This document shows, piece after piece, positions 35,305 through 48,110 of a stretch of DNA of 63,644 bases. The position numbers were made by a program, and so were the translations under genes. The DNA is from Paraspadella gotoi (Eukaryota > Animalia > Chaetognatha), in assembly GCA_051294375.1 (NCBI GenBank), contig CM119263.1, positions 8,319,992 to 8,383,635 on the forward strand, written 5' to 3'. The notes below the pieces were generated by a model, which worked only from the letters and a program-made list of their open reading frames with translations, did not search any database and was not told the origin of the DNA. Each line of letters starts with the position of its first letter. The stretch's first letter is position 1.

Positions 35305-37187
35305 ATCTCTATCTCTCCCTCTCTCTTCTCTTGTCTCTCTCTCTCTCTCTCTTTCCTTTCTCCTCTCTCTCTCTTCTCTCTCTCTTCTTCTCTCTCTCTC
35401 TCTCTCTCTGTCTCTTCTTTCTTCCCCTCCTACCAGCGATCCTGTACTCTCTCTCTCTCTGTCTTTTATCTCTCTTTCTTCCCCTTTTTCTAACCCTTCT
35501 AGCTTCAACTCATCGTCTTTCCTTAAAAAAACTCCTCTCTGATTCTTCATCTCTCGTTCACTCTTCTCTCTCTCTCTTGCGTCCCATCTCATTCTCTCTC
35601 TCGTCTCTCTTCTCTCTCTCTTTTCGCTCAACTGGGTCTAGCTGAAAGCCAGTTCCCAAGGAATTGCAAGCGAGATCACTCTTTGCAATTCAATCAATGA
35701 TGCCGCCTTCAGCAGGTCTCTTGTCAAACACCTAAAACGTTTATTCCAGTTATCAACAACATCTTTCTCGCTTTAATTTTTTTTTTCCGTTTCTGTTCTT
35801 TACTTTAACCTTTTTATTTTCTCTTTTCTTTCTTATACTCTCCTGCTTCTTTCCTTTCTTCTTTTTTCCGTGTTCCGTTGCCTCAACCTTTCTCCTTAAG
35901 ATCCTTTTCCCCCCCTTCTCTCCTCTCTTCTCTCTTTCTCTTTCTCTCTGCTCTCTCTCTTCATCTTCTCTCTCTCTCTCTCTCTCTCAGCTTCTTATTC
36001 AAAGTTTTTAAGAAACTCCTGAGATTGAATACGAAAAAATAAGCGACGCTTTTTTTTTTCGTTACTCTTACAAAGCGGTGGCATTTCCCTCGTCATTGTC
36101 GTCATTTGTATCTCGTCTTTGCGTGCAAACCGAGGCTCTTCGTTCTCGGGCAATTGTTGAAGCTCCAAAAGACGCCACGCGATGGGCCCAAAATCGCTCT
36201 CCCTTTTTTTTTTTCTTTAAGTCGCGACTTGTAATCTTTTTTTTATACCTTTTTTACAAAATTTTTAAGGCCTTTTTTCTTTTTTTTCTCTGATCCCTTT
36301 TACATTTTATTTTTGTTGGTTTAATTATTATAAACGAAATTGTCGTCAGATAATGTGTATTTGAAATTTTGTCGCTACATTTTTAATTAAATAACGTTTA
36401 ACAATATCATTTTTTTAAAAAGAACATTTTCTAAGCGTCTAATCTCGTTTAGTGACATCGTCATTTTTGTTTTCTCTCTTTATTATATTGTATTTTAGCA
36501 TTATTTCAGACATGTTCAAAAGGGGAATTCGCTTTTCAGAAGAGCTTTCTGGAGGTCGTTGTTGCTCTGTCAACGGCAGGATTTTTTTGGCTAAGCGTAT
36601 CTTTGCCTGTCAGAAGCGGAGAAGCCTATTTGATTTGAGGGAAAAATATAAAAAAAAAAAAAGGGTGGAAATTGCGTGACAGGAGAAAAATTACCGCAGG
36701 CCAAAATGGAAAGTACTAGAAGTAATTAATCATAGCATCTACATGTCTTAGTGTTTATAAAACAAGTACACGAGCTTTTTAGTAAGATTTCATATGGTTT
36801 ATAACCTGTTACACATAATTTGTAATGTACTTTTAGAAAAAGGTTGCTTAAAGTTCTCGATAAATTGATAGTGTACTTGACTGAGTTTATTGGCCCACTT
36901 TTTTAAAATGATTCACTTTAATAGTTGCAAAGATGTATACCAAAATAAAGAGATGCCTCACTTACACTGAGAATTCGTGTGAAGGGGGAAAAAGAAAGAA
37001 AAAAAAAAGAATTTGTAGTTTAAATTGCAATTACAAACAGAGTTTTCCCATCATCCCACTCCATTCCTTGGGACAACACATTTCATTGTCTTATTATATT
37101 CTATCATTTCCCATTTTCTGCTAAATTCTTTGATCAAATCTCTTTTAAATTCTCCATACTTAAAATCTTTTTTTAAAACACTATATA
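34812..37187 (-). repeat. Arm 2 of the inverted duplication (noisy copy ending in a 25-N gap)
   Basis: Matches 31326-33541 with many 1-bp indels, and contains sequence where arm 1 has the gap 32394-32608. Confidence 0.9.
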
Positions 37188-37212
37188 NNNNNNNNNNNNN
37201 NNNNNNNNNNNN

Positions 37213-40200
37213 TAACCCCCCTACCCAACACCCAGCAGGCCATGGAGTTCACATTCCTAAGAAATAAAGATTTAACTAGTTTCGCATCTTTCATGGAGTT
37301 GGCCTTCTATGAGTTGGACAGGGATGAGATTGAATGTGATCGATAGTGGTGCCGATTTTTGGCACACATACTATGGACAACTTTACCCTGAACAATGACA
37401 ATATGGCTTCTGCTCGCGCTTTCTGGCGCTAGTTAGAGTAGAAATTCAAACCCCTAACGATTTGAAGAGAGTATGAACTCCTCCAGTCTTCATTGCTGTT
37501 GAGAAGAATAATTGTTCAGAAAAAATTCCAGCGCGATATGGATGAAGGTATGTATGACTTCCCCTTGCCAACTAACCCTAGCGGCAGCTGTATCTGGCGC
37601 CTTACCTTGTGTTCAGGCATGGAGGCAAGTCTGGCCGACAGCAGTTGAAAGACCTTCTGAGGGCTTTGACTGTTCGGTCGAGCTCTAAACTCTTTCTCCC
37701 GGCCTCAGTTTTGTAGCCATTATCACCCCTGGACAATGAAGAGCGATCATTGTCTCGACGGCCTTGATCGTTGCTTCAGAGTGGGGATTTGGGACCTGCT
37801 CATGAGAAGGGATGAGTCATCTAGAGATGATTTTGGAGGTCTGAAGAAGAAGTCTTCAGGCAATCAATTGAATTTGTTCGTTGATGGCATTTTCGGGTTG
37901 CTCTCCCATGGAAAGGTGGCCGTAAAGCTGCTCGATGAATGAACCTTTCTAGGTTGACCATTCGTGCCATGGCTATGAAGAGTAGCCGCAAGAAGCCATG
38001 CTAAGTTGCTTTCGCGATCTTGAAGCCTTTGACATAGTGAATGGGATGTCAAGGAGTGGTTTGGGCATTGAAGGAAAAAGTTCGCCTCTGAGATCTTCAG
38101 AAGTCAGTTTGACCCTCTTCAGCCAATCTGTGACAATGCCCATGTCGCTTCGTTCGTAGAGATGATAAGCCTGGGGAGTTCAGGATTTGCCATTTTGATT
38201 GCTAACGAAGGTAAGAGGTATAGTTGAAATAGTCAGCTCATGGGCAGGTCCAGACTTGAACAGCAGAAGCTAATCGGCGATCTTGCTCGCTTTAGGGAGA
38301 AGCCTATAGGTGCTGATGGCATGTGAAAGGTGTTCTTTCACCAGGTGAGGGTTTCTCCTCCCGACACAGAAGCTTTGAGGTTTGCCTTTATGGCGTGATT
38401 CTTGAGGTCTTTAGCCTGGATCCTCAAAGCTCTCGTTGACTGTGTTCGGTTTGAAGCCCTCCCCATCTGCCTGTGATTTTGGGTTGGTCAAAGTACCTGG
38501 CTGAAACCCTAGTCGGTGACAAAATACCATCCTGTCACTATTTGAGCAGTTAAGCGGGACTGTATGTCGTTGATATTTATGATATTCGTCAGGCATCTGT
38601 TGAAATGCAAAAGAAGTCACATTGAACTGCCAGGAGTTGTTTGCCGCTGTGCTTCACACCACCAAATGCGCCGATCGAAGACCCTGAGGTGCGGCAGGCG
38701 ATTGGAGATTGTGGGCATCAGCCAGCTGAAGAGATGTGAAGCGATCCTGATGAGCTGATGGGCCCAAGGCCCTGGCTGAAGCTTATGATCGAGCACAGAT
38801 GATAAATTTGCTGGCCTTATAAGGTGATCACCTTAAGATGGGGGGAGAAGTGAAAGTGACTTAAGAGGCAGTTGAGGCCGAGAGGCTGGTATTACATCCC
38901 TGTATGACCCCTAGGAATCGCTCTTCCCTGCCTTCTTTTTGGCCAAGCGTATACCTTCAGCGCTTGTTGTGCTTGAAGAAGGGGTGCCAATTGGGATGAT
39001 CCTGTGCCCTAGGATGAGTTAGATTTGTTCATGGATGGAGAGGTTCCCTTGGCCGACGATTTTGAAATTAAGCTAGGAGATACCATCTTACCCATCGAAG
39101 TTTGGGAATTGTTGCTGTACAGGCAGCCTCCCACCTGTTTGGTTGATGCCTCCATTTTGAAGCATATGGTGCCTGGGTTGCTTAATCTTCGCTTTGTGAG
39201 TGTTCACTGGCAAAGTCATATTTTGTTTTGTGACCCTCGCCGATCGAGGGCGTTATGCACCATCAATCCAGAGAAACAAGGTCTGGTTTGAGGAGACACT
39301 CCCACGCGTCTTGAAGTTTGAACTGCTGCAGGTCGTGGGCGGTTGGACCTCTACAGTCTGCATAGAGAACAAGAACTCGATTTGAGAAAGGCAAGACTCA
39401 GTACCTCTGGGTCGGATTCTCAATTGTGTCCTGAAACAGAGGTTCGCCAAATACAAGAGAACCGTTTTTATAGGCTTTTGTTGCGAATCGCGTCCAAAGA
39501 TCCTGCAAAGGACCGACGCCTTGTGATCAGTTTGAGATATGTCCCCACGGACGTTAATTTTTCCAGCTGACATGTGTTTCCGGGGCTTGTGGGCCTGATG
39601 AAGGAGAAGTGGGACCAACTCCATTCAGGGTCGCCCAGTTTGTCTCCGAAGGAGTTGCCCCGAGAAGTGCTTGGCAAGTGCGAGCAGATTGACGCCAGTG
39701 CCCGAAGAAGTTACTGTCGTGCACCAGAATGACATATCTAATTGTTACTAGTGCCCTGTGAAGGATGACCTTTGTTGACCCGCCCTCTTTGAGAATGTTC
39801 AACATGAAGAAGAGCGGTTTCGACCGGCATTTTTCGAAACATTCTTGCACGGTGTTCTGAACACCCTCTTCAAGGTTCCTCCGCATGATCTCTTGATCTC
39901 TTGAGCGTTTGACTGAGTGACCTTTGGGTCCCGGTTATGCAGCAGCAGTCATTTCTCTTGCCAGAATTGACAGGCGTTGGGCATTATTTTCGGAGAGATG
40001 TCCGAGACGACGAGCGTTCGATGGGAATTCGCCCTGAGGAGAAAGCTTGACCCCTTTTGTTTGTTGATGCTCGGCCACCCTTAGTGGTGGATGGCAGAAC
40101 CTTGACAAGGTGCGGGTACCGAGGGAAGTATCAGTAACTAGGCAACCCATGGATTCTCCATCGTCGCACCATTCTGTCATAGGACCTGATTCAGAAGTAT

Positions 40201-41420
40201 ATCATGAAGAGTGGCGCATGTGGGTGGAGGCCATGTTGGGCTCACCTTCGCGTCTAAGTTCTGGGCAGAACATGGGGGCGCGCTCTTGCACCAGGATCAA
40301 TGAGTGTGATGCATTGTTCATTGCCGGAAAGATGCGAGCGCAACCCCTTGAGCCAGGAAAATGGGCACCGCTCTGACCGGATGTGTGCACACGAAGGCCA
40401 TCCATCCTCTCTACTGGTGTTAACTCATTTGGTTCCATTTACGGTTTGCGATTGGGTAGGTCGTCGATGGCAGCGACAAAAAAAAGATGTGTGTTGTTGG
40501 CGCTTTTCACTTGTGTCTCGACTCGCGCTGTCCACTTGAGGTCGGTGAGACCTTTGTCCGACGGACAGTTTCCATACTTGGCGTTGCTGCCGCTTTAACG
40601 AACGATGCCACCCAGCGAGTCCCTGTCACATGTTCTCTTTGATTGCGGCACAAACTCAGGGAGCGCATCGTGACGTTGAAGGAGGAGGTTTTGAGAAGCG
40701 TCCCCAGGCCTTGTTTGGCAGAGAGCACTTGACCAGCGGTTTTCATGCGCTTTAATGCACCTCAGGCACCGCACCAGGGTGGGAGTGTGGAGAGGTTGTG
40801 TTTGAGGAGGTCATGTAAGGAGGCAATTGTTTTGCGCTTGATCGTTAGAGGTTTCCATGATCTGCGCCTGAGAGTGTTTTTTTAACTACCCTTTGTGGCT
40901 GTGGTCTGCTGAATCCTCAACCGGCCGTCCTATTACTAGGGTTTGTTCTGACGATCCTAGCGACCGTTTGCTTCCTCTTACACCTAATTTTGACTTTCTC
41001 CATCCTAACGTTTCCTTGCTCTCTCATCTCGGAGATCGTTCCGCCCAGGCGAAGCCCGGTGTGTGATTGCCCCTTTAGGAAAGATATTGGAAGCAGTCGC
41101 AGGAGACTCCCTTTTGTCGATTCCTTCTGGAAGAGGATGGCGTACTTGAGTAATTCTCCGAGATTTGCAGAAGCCCAGAAATGGATGGCGACGAGGCGCA
41201 ATCTCTCCATTGGAGATGTATTGTACTCGTTACTTTGTGAACGATCTTCCGTGCCGAGGACGGCCTTCGGAAAAATATGGCGATAGTTGAAAGAGACGAA
41301 TGGCCTGTTGACGATTGTCCGGAGAGTTGAATTGTTCGTACCCGCTTAGGCAAGGGAAAGCGCCTTCACCGTGACGTACGTTGTGAGTTGGTGCTTCTTG
41401 AAGCTGATTGGTTGATGACG
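37213..41420 (+). mobile_element. BEL/Pao LTR retrotransposon internal region (pol: RT-RNase H-integrase-C-terminal DUF5641-like), heavily frameshifted
   Basis: Ordered motifs: DIRQA (~38581), HILFCD (~39217), SDSQ (~39411), FVANRVQ (39477), YVPTDVN (~39538), ALFTCVSTRAVHL (~40500), FNAPQAPHQGG (40751), FWKR...QKW...NLSIGDV (41125-41220). These are characteristic of BEL/Pao pol. Confidence 0.9.
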
Positions 41421-41437
41421 CAGTGGCGAGGCGAAAA

Positions 41438-42733
41438 TGCCAAAGACTTAGCAGCCTTGGTCTTGACTGACATGGAATATGAAACCAAGCTGTTATTGAT
41501 GCATCCTCAGATTGATGCTCCTGGCGCGTCAGCAGATGGAGGGGGGAAGCCCCATCCACGACCGGCAGTTGAGGCTGTGCCTCCCACTCCACGACCCCCG
41601 CCATGGACGACAAGAAGCAACCTTCTGCCTTCCCTTGATCGTGATCATGCTTGATATCGAGCCCCGGCAACTTCGGGGTTGTCGACGGGACTGGGGTAGA
41701 TGGATTACTCTAAGATGCTCTTGGCAGCTATGCATAGTTACCTTGTTGCAATTTGACGGCTCATTTCGTTTTTCTGCTCTTGATTTGATTTAATTAATTG
41801 CATTTAGATTCCCGGGTTTATTATTTTAGACTGGCATATGAATTTCGGAATATGATTTTGGCTCATGCGATTGTTTTTTAGCGTCGAGGATTCCGATCCG
41901 CTTTTTCATTTTGATTTTATTCTCGTAGATTGGGATCTGGTGTCGGATTTGAGAAGATCGATTTTCTGGACCAGTGGTTCTGTGATGAGGGTGGGAATTG
42001 CTTCCCTTTTCCCCTTAATTGATCCTCTTTTGAAGCCCTTCCTGGATCCACTTTTGCCCCTCCTTCTCTCCCCTGTCCAGTTGCTGTGATCGGCAACCAG
42101 GACGGTGTCTCGGAGACGTGTTTAAGGTGATTGGGCCCGCCTATTCCATTTTTTCAGTGTCAGTTAAAGACGCACAGTCACGGGACTTCCAGCAGCGCGG
42201 GCTCCGCAAGGCGCGGTGCTTCTTGCGGGAAGGGGTGTTTTGTAATCTGTGTTGGGACCGTCGCGCGTTCGACTTTCGCGTTTTAGGATATCCGCAAAAT
42301 GCAAGCTTTCTTCCTGCGTCCTGGATTCGGGTCGGACCAATCACCGTCGAGGAGAATTGGTGTGAGAAGATAATTTTTTACATTTTTTACCGCTGTTTTC
42401 CGCGCCCAGTCATTGAGGGAAACGCCGTTGGTCGTATAGCCTTATTTGAGTCGCATATGATTCTTGTTATTTACTAGACGGCCAACCGTTTTTTTCAAAC
42501 CCAAGTAGAGGGTTATTTTTACTTGCGATGCACGAATTTTTAAACTTGTTTTTAATTTGGTTTTTTTTTATAAATATGTTTTACTCTGTTTTTAACTAGT
42601 TTCTTTACATTGTTTTTTAATTGCGTTTAATATGTTGAATTTCGTGCCTTTTTAATTGGATACATACATGTTATTTTTTAACCTCACTAACTTTCGAATC
42701 CTCGGCCGAGCAATTTAGGTTATTTAAGATACA
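41438..42733 (+). mobile_element. Probable 3' LTR of the BEL/Pao element
   Basis: Follows the end of pol and a purine-rich ggcgaggcgaaaa tract; starts TG, ends ...taca just before duplicated host sequence. No 5' LTR in the window to confirm. Confidence 0.4.
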
Positions 42734-42741
42734 GGAATCAA

Positions 42742-43082
42742 CCCCTCATTCTATCATTCCTTCTTCTAATTATTTCTGAAGCTGATTATTTTCCCCCCCC
42801 GAATGTTTTACATCACCCCCTGATTTCTCCATTAGGCACATTTCCCGATCTACTTTACCTCCCACGCAAAAAGCTCTCACATTTTACCATTCGAAGTTTA
42901 AGATATAACCCTTCTGTCTGTCTCTCTTCTCTCTCTCTCTCTCTATCTCTCCTCTCCTCTCTCTTCTCCTCTCTCTCTCTCTCTCGTCATCCTCTTACTC
43001 TTTCCTCTTCCGCATGCATATCCTAACCCTCCCCATCTTTCCTCCCCCCCTACTCTTCGGCCACCAGGTCCGCCAAAGAAGG
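42742..43082 (+). repeat. Direct duplicate of 34504-34811
   Basis: cccctcattctatc...gctgattatt...ggtccgccaaaga present at both places with indels. Confidence 0.9.
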
Positions 43083-43289
43083 GGAAAAAAATATCGAGTT
43101 ACTATACTTTAAATACTTTAAATAGATTTTTTTTATCCTTTTTTTGTCTTATCAGCGAGCGGAACTTCATTTTTAGTGCTATTAGTCTTGCTCAATTCTT
43201 TTTATCGTTTTATGCGTTAAATAGTTTATTATTTTAGTTTTAAAAAAATAAAGGGTTTTCATAAAAATTAATTTTTAGCCAAAACTGCT

Positions 43290-43590
43290 TACAGCAGATT
43301 CTGGCCCAAAAATTCACTTTGTCGGTCCGTCTGTACATCCCTGAAATCTTGTTGGTAAGTCACCTAGATCCTGTTAGAACATCGAATTATTATAAATTAT
43401 GCTAAAAATCGATGTCCGTCCGTCCATCCGTCCGTTTGCCTGTCTGTTCATCCGTCCGTCCCCAGTTAGCCTTGAACGCCTCATCAGTGGATGGCGCGGT
43501 GTACTTGAAATTTTGTGTGTAGGTAAAAATGGGAGTTATTGAGCTGGAAATCAAGTTTCGATGGAATCGACCGAGTGGAAAGGAGTTTAA
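43290..43590 (+). mobile_element. Possible DINE-1/HINE-like (non-autonomous Helentron-type) remnant
   Basis: (GTCY)n tract gtccgtccgtccatccgtccgtttgcctgtctg at ~43415-43460 followed by cttgaaattttg. (GTCY)n tracts are known from DINE-1-type elements. Ends not identified. Confidence 0.3.
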
Positions 43591-44316
43591 TTATAAGAAA
43601 CAAAAAACTGTTTCATTATTTTATTAAGCTTTTTTTCTTTTTATATAAAATGTTAATTAAAGATTAATCGGTCAATCAATCAATCAATTAATCTTTAATC
43701 TCTTAATTACCTAATTAATTATTTAATTAATCTTCTATTTAATTTCATATGAAAAGAAAAAAGCAAAATCAAATCGGGAAACGTGTTGCTTTTTTTTCAT
43801 TTAAACTCTTTCCACACAGACGATTCAAAAACAAATTAATTAATTAATTAATTTGCTTACCGCTAATGATCGTGGGCAGATTCGGTATTGTTTGATTAAA
43901 CTTGTTTTTAGCCTAAGACTCCGGAAATAAATGAGAATATTTTTAAGCTACGAAATAGCAGCCTAGAGAGAAACACAACGAAAAAGCTAAAGGAAAAAAA
44001 AATAAAACCTCAAAAAACTATGGGGGAAAAAATGAATTTAACTCATATTGAAAATGTTTACATTTTGAACAAAGGATGGGGATCTCAGTTCGTACGCTAT
44101 CGATCTACCGCTAATGATGAAACGAGTATGAAAAAGTATGGAAAAGTATGGAAAACGCTCGGGGAAAGGAAACGATTAAGCGAAGGGAAAATTTGGGGAC
44201 CAAATGAGGTTGAAGACGAGAAGAGTCTTTGTCCCCAATGCGAAGAGCCACTGGCCACTTAATGCGTCTCCTGGGAGAACCGAGCTCCTCTATCGTCACA
44301 TTATCTTCGCTTATCC

Positions 44317-44404
44317 TCTCTTCTCTTCTCTTCTCTTCTCTTCTCTTCTCTTCTCTTCTCTTCTCTTCTCTTCTCTTCTCTTCTCTTCTCTTCTCTTCTC
44401 TTCT
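44317..44404. repeat. (TCTTC)n pentanucleotide microsatellite
   Basis: Perfect run of ~17 units. Confidence 0.95.
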
Positions 44405-44562
44405 CTCTTGTTTTATTTTTCTTCGCGTCCTCTCTTCCAAATTTAGTGGCGTTAGATAGTTAGATAGAAAGGTGGTGTTGGATAGATAGATAGATGGATA
44501 ATTAGAGAGAGAGAGAGAGAGANNNNNNNNNNNNNNNNNNNNNNNNNTAGGTACTAACTAGA

Positions 44563-45147
44563 CGATACGAGTAAGCTGCTAAGCGCGTAGGCGGAAATTT
44601 CTTTTGACTATCTAAAGAAGGGTGAAAAAAATTCGTTCAATTTTCTACATCCATTTTTTGAGTTGAAAAATTGGATTCGCGGGAAAAGACAAAAGAAGAA
44701 AAGACAGAAAAGATGGGAGAAAAAAGCTCACAGACCATTCGACATTAAAAAGAAAGGGAGAGAGATAAACACGAAAAACGGGAAATTATGAAAAATAAAA
44801 CTTTATTTTTTGACAAGAAACAAAAAAGAAAATGGTCAAGGAATAAAAAGACTTTTAACTAAATAAAAAAAAACACTCCTATACACAAAAAAAAATTAAT
44901 GAAAAATAAGAGTTTAAAAAGAAATATAAACAGTGTATGACTATATTATATTGAAATTGGTACAATTATAGTAGAATAGGGAAAAAGGGAATGAAAAAAT
45001 GATAAAACCGAAAAAAAGTAAGACAAAGAAAGAAAGAAAGCAAGGAAGATAGAGGCAATTCTCCATCTTCAGACCATTTCCAAATTCTCCGAAGGTTTTT
45101 TTGAGCAGCACTTTCCAATCCTCCTCAAAACAAACATGCCGACCGCG
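44563..45147 (-). repeat. Inverted noisy copy of 13262-13825
   Basis: Starts just after a 25-N gap; differences are mainly indels. Confidence 0.85.
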
Positions 45148-45879
45148 AAACAGGGTACTACTTAATACCGCCACGGAGTTACGTTTCATGAAACACGATC
45201 GAACAAAAGGCTCGAGATTCTCGGGTCTCTTGTCTCATTCACATTCACATTCGAAGCTCCACAACGTGAGTCATTACTTGATATGATTAACAGTTTAACA
45301 GAACACATAGCGCCACAGTCGTATTGTTGATTAAAAGTACTTTTCATAGTTTATACCAAAATAAAATCTTGAGTCATGGAAATCGAAATTGNNNNNNNNN
45401 NNNNNNNNNNNNNNNNNNNNNNNNNNNNNNNNNNNNNNNNNNNNNNNNNNNNNNNNNNNNNNNNNNNNNNNNNNNNNNNNNNNNNNNNNNNNNNNNNNNN
45501 NNNNNNNNNNNNNNNNNNNNNNNNNNNNNNNNNNNNNNNNNNNNNNNNNNNNNNNNNNNNNNNNNNNNNNNNNNNNNNNNNNNNNNNNNNNNNNNNNNNN
45601 NNNNNNNNNNNNNNNNNNNNNNNNAAAAAAATGGATAGAGAGAGAATAAAAAAAAATGAAGAGAGAGAGTTTTTAAAAAAGAACAAAGAAATATTTCAAG
45701 AGAAGGAAAAAGNNNNNNNNNNNNNNNNNNNNNNNNNNNNNNNNNNNNNNNNNNNNNNNNNNNNNNNNNNNNNNNNNNNNNNNNNNNNNNNNNNNNNNNN
45801 NNNNNNNNNNNNNNNNNNNNNNNNNNNNNNNNNNNNNNNNNNNNNNNNNNNNNNNNNNNNNNNNNNNNNNNNNNNNNNN

Positions 45880-45917
<38 letters not shown>

Positions 45918-47499
45918 TAGAATGAAGGCTCCAACGAATCCCCGTCGGTGATGAATCGATTTTTCCTCTTGACGATGACGATGATGACGACGACAACTAC
46001 GACGACGAAGCCGACGACGATGATGACGCAGCGTCTTTCGTCGCGGCGTCGTTGCTCCGTCACCATGGGATCACCCGGCGTCCAAGCACGTGGGGTCAAG
46101 CCGGGTCAAGTCGCAGATGTAGGTACTACTCAGTCTGTCTCTATATCTGACACTTTTATGCTTGCTATTACTCTTTACTCTATTCATTTATGTTTAGATG
46201 ATGTGAGTAAGGTTTTTTGATACAGGTATACAAACTATTTACATCTGTAACTGTTTATGTTATTATTAAACCAATCAAAATCATAAGATAATAACCGCAG
46301 TATGGTTTGTCATTTTATTCTGTTATCTCTCTTCTCATCTTCGCATTACTCTTCTACTTTCTCTCTCTTGAAAACTATAAAGTGAGCAAGTATAATTAAC
46401 CATATCCGGCGTATTCTGTCATCTCTTAAAAGGCTTTCAATTTCTTTAATATCTTTTTATATAAATACGATTATGTTCCTGACAGACGCGTTCTCATTTT
46501 GTTTGGAGCTATAGACAAAGTAATTTTACATTAAAATGACAAAATATTAAAGAAATAAGATTAATCCTAAAATTAATTAAAAATTTTCTTTCGTTCAGCT
46601 TTGCCTATGGAACTAATTTATATTTAAAAAAAATGTCTGATATAAAGGTGGCGCGCTTTTCTTGCACTGAACTGTAATACATGGAAGCACTGGTATTACT
46701 TCGAATCTCTATCGTTTCCCTTCGTTTTCTATTTTATATGTTAAGTTATTTTCCTTTCAAACCTGTTCCTCTAATAAGTCGTTTACCTAAAGAATCACTG
46801 GTAACGATTTATTTTTCCTTGTTCGTAAAAAATGTCGTGCGCTCCTTTACGTTTTCTATTCGTTTCTAGATTTTCGATAATTAGGCTTTATAAAACGAAC
46901 GAGCAAAAAACTATTGAGGCCAAAATCATGGCGACTAATAGTAAATATTTTCATTCTACCATTTATCTAGAATATTTTTTTTTTTTTTTTGAGGGCTCTC
47001 GTCTCTTCCTTCCCTAACATTCATTCGATTACTAATAGAGTTAAGTAAGGGGGCGTTAAGAAGGTATAGGCGCCTTGATTTACTAACCGGGCGCTCCTTT
47101 TTGTAGTTGAATTTGAAGCTCCATTGTTTTTAAAAACGTTGAATTTTATATTAACGGGGTAGCAAACTAACTATAAATATGAAATATGCCTAAGATTGTC
47201 AAAAATTTATTTTAGTCTTGGCGATGTAAGAACAACAAATCAACCAAACTCCGACATAAAGATAGCGGGTCCTTTACGACAATTACTAAACTGCGTGTGT
47301 TACTAGGGTAACGAAAGGTGTATTGCTGGAACAAAGAATTGCAAAATGACTGTTCCGACTGTTTTCAATTATTGCCATTTTTTTTGGTGGACTTGGAACG
47401 AGCTTAGCCGTCGTTGTGGTATTAGGCTCAATCCATATTTCTGGGCAATCCAAGTTTTTTGCTCTGATCTCCTTTGTCTGCAGATCTTCCTTCTTTCTA

Positions 47500-48110
47500 C
47501 CGATTCCGTTGTATGGTTGCGTCACTATCAGGCAGCTCTTTTGAGCTGAGCTTTGTCCTTGTGATCTCACTTTGAGAGCCTGCTTAATTGATTCTATGTT
47601 ACTTACCGCCTTATCATCACCCCTCTTCCTCTTATTTACCACCGTTATCATTACACTTTAACCATTCTGCCACACTTCCACCTCACACCATCTCCGAGGG
47701 CTGTGTCTTTCAGATCACAGAGAGTCATCAGACCGCTTAGAGCATTTCTTTCTTCGCTTCGCTCAGGCAGGCCTCTTATGTAACGTTAACCCGCCCGTCA
47801 CGCGCGCGTACGTTCAACATCTCGTCTTCTGGACTCCTCTGCTCTCTATGTCGTTGAGGTCACGAGGCACCTTCGGCCGTATCTGTTCGCCTTATCATTT
47901 TTTCAGCAACGTGAGAAGGCATCCCTCACACGCCTTGCCCTCTATGCGTGCATTCCTGTCATGTCTTCTCTGTGTCTTCACCGTGTCAACTTCGCTCAAA
48001 TGGTTCTGTCTGAATCCACACTAGACTCGATCTTCAGCCAGGGATTCGCCCCGCACTTTTCGTGGTTTTTGTCTGGGAACAAAAACATACCCGGTACCCC
48101 ATTTAGGTCC
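47500..48110 (-). mobile_element. Degenerate RTE-like non-LTR retrotransposon 3' fragment
   Basis: Minus-strand remnants in RTE order: Y.GMFL (~48090, KYLG-like), YG... (~47880), DEML...GLTL (~47820-47785), RW...RM (~47680), KRKRG...IESIKQAL (~47630). Each motif is weak and needs frameshifts. Confidence 0.3.
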
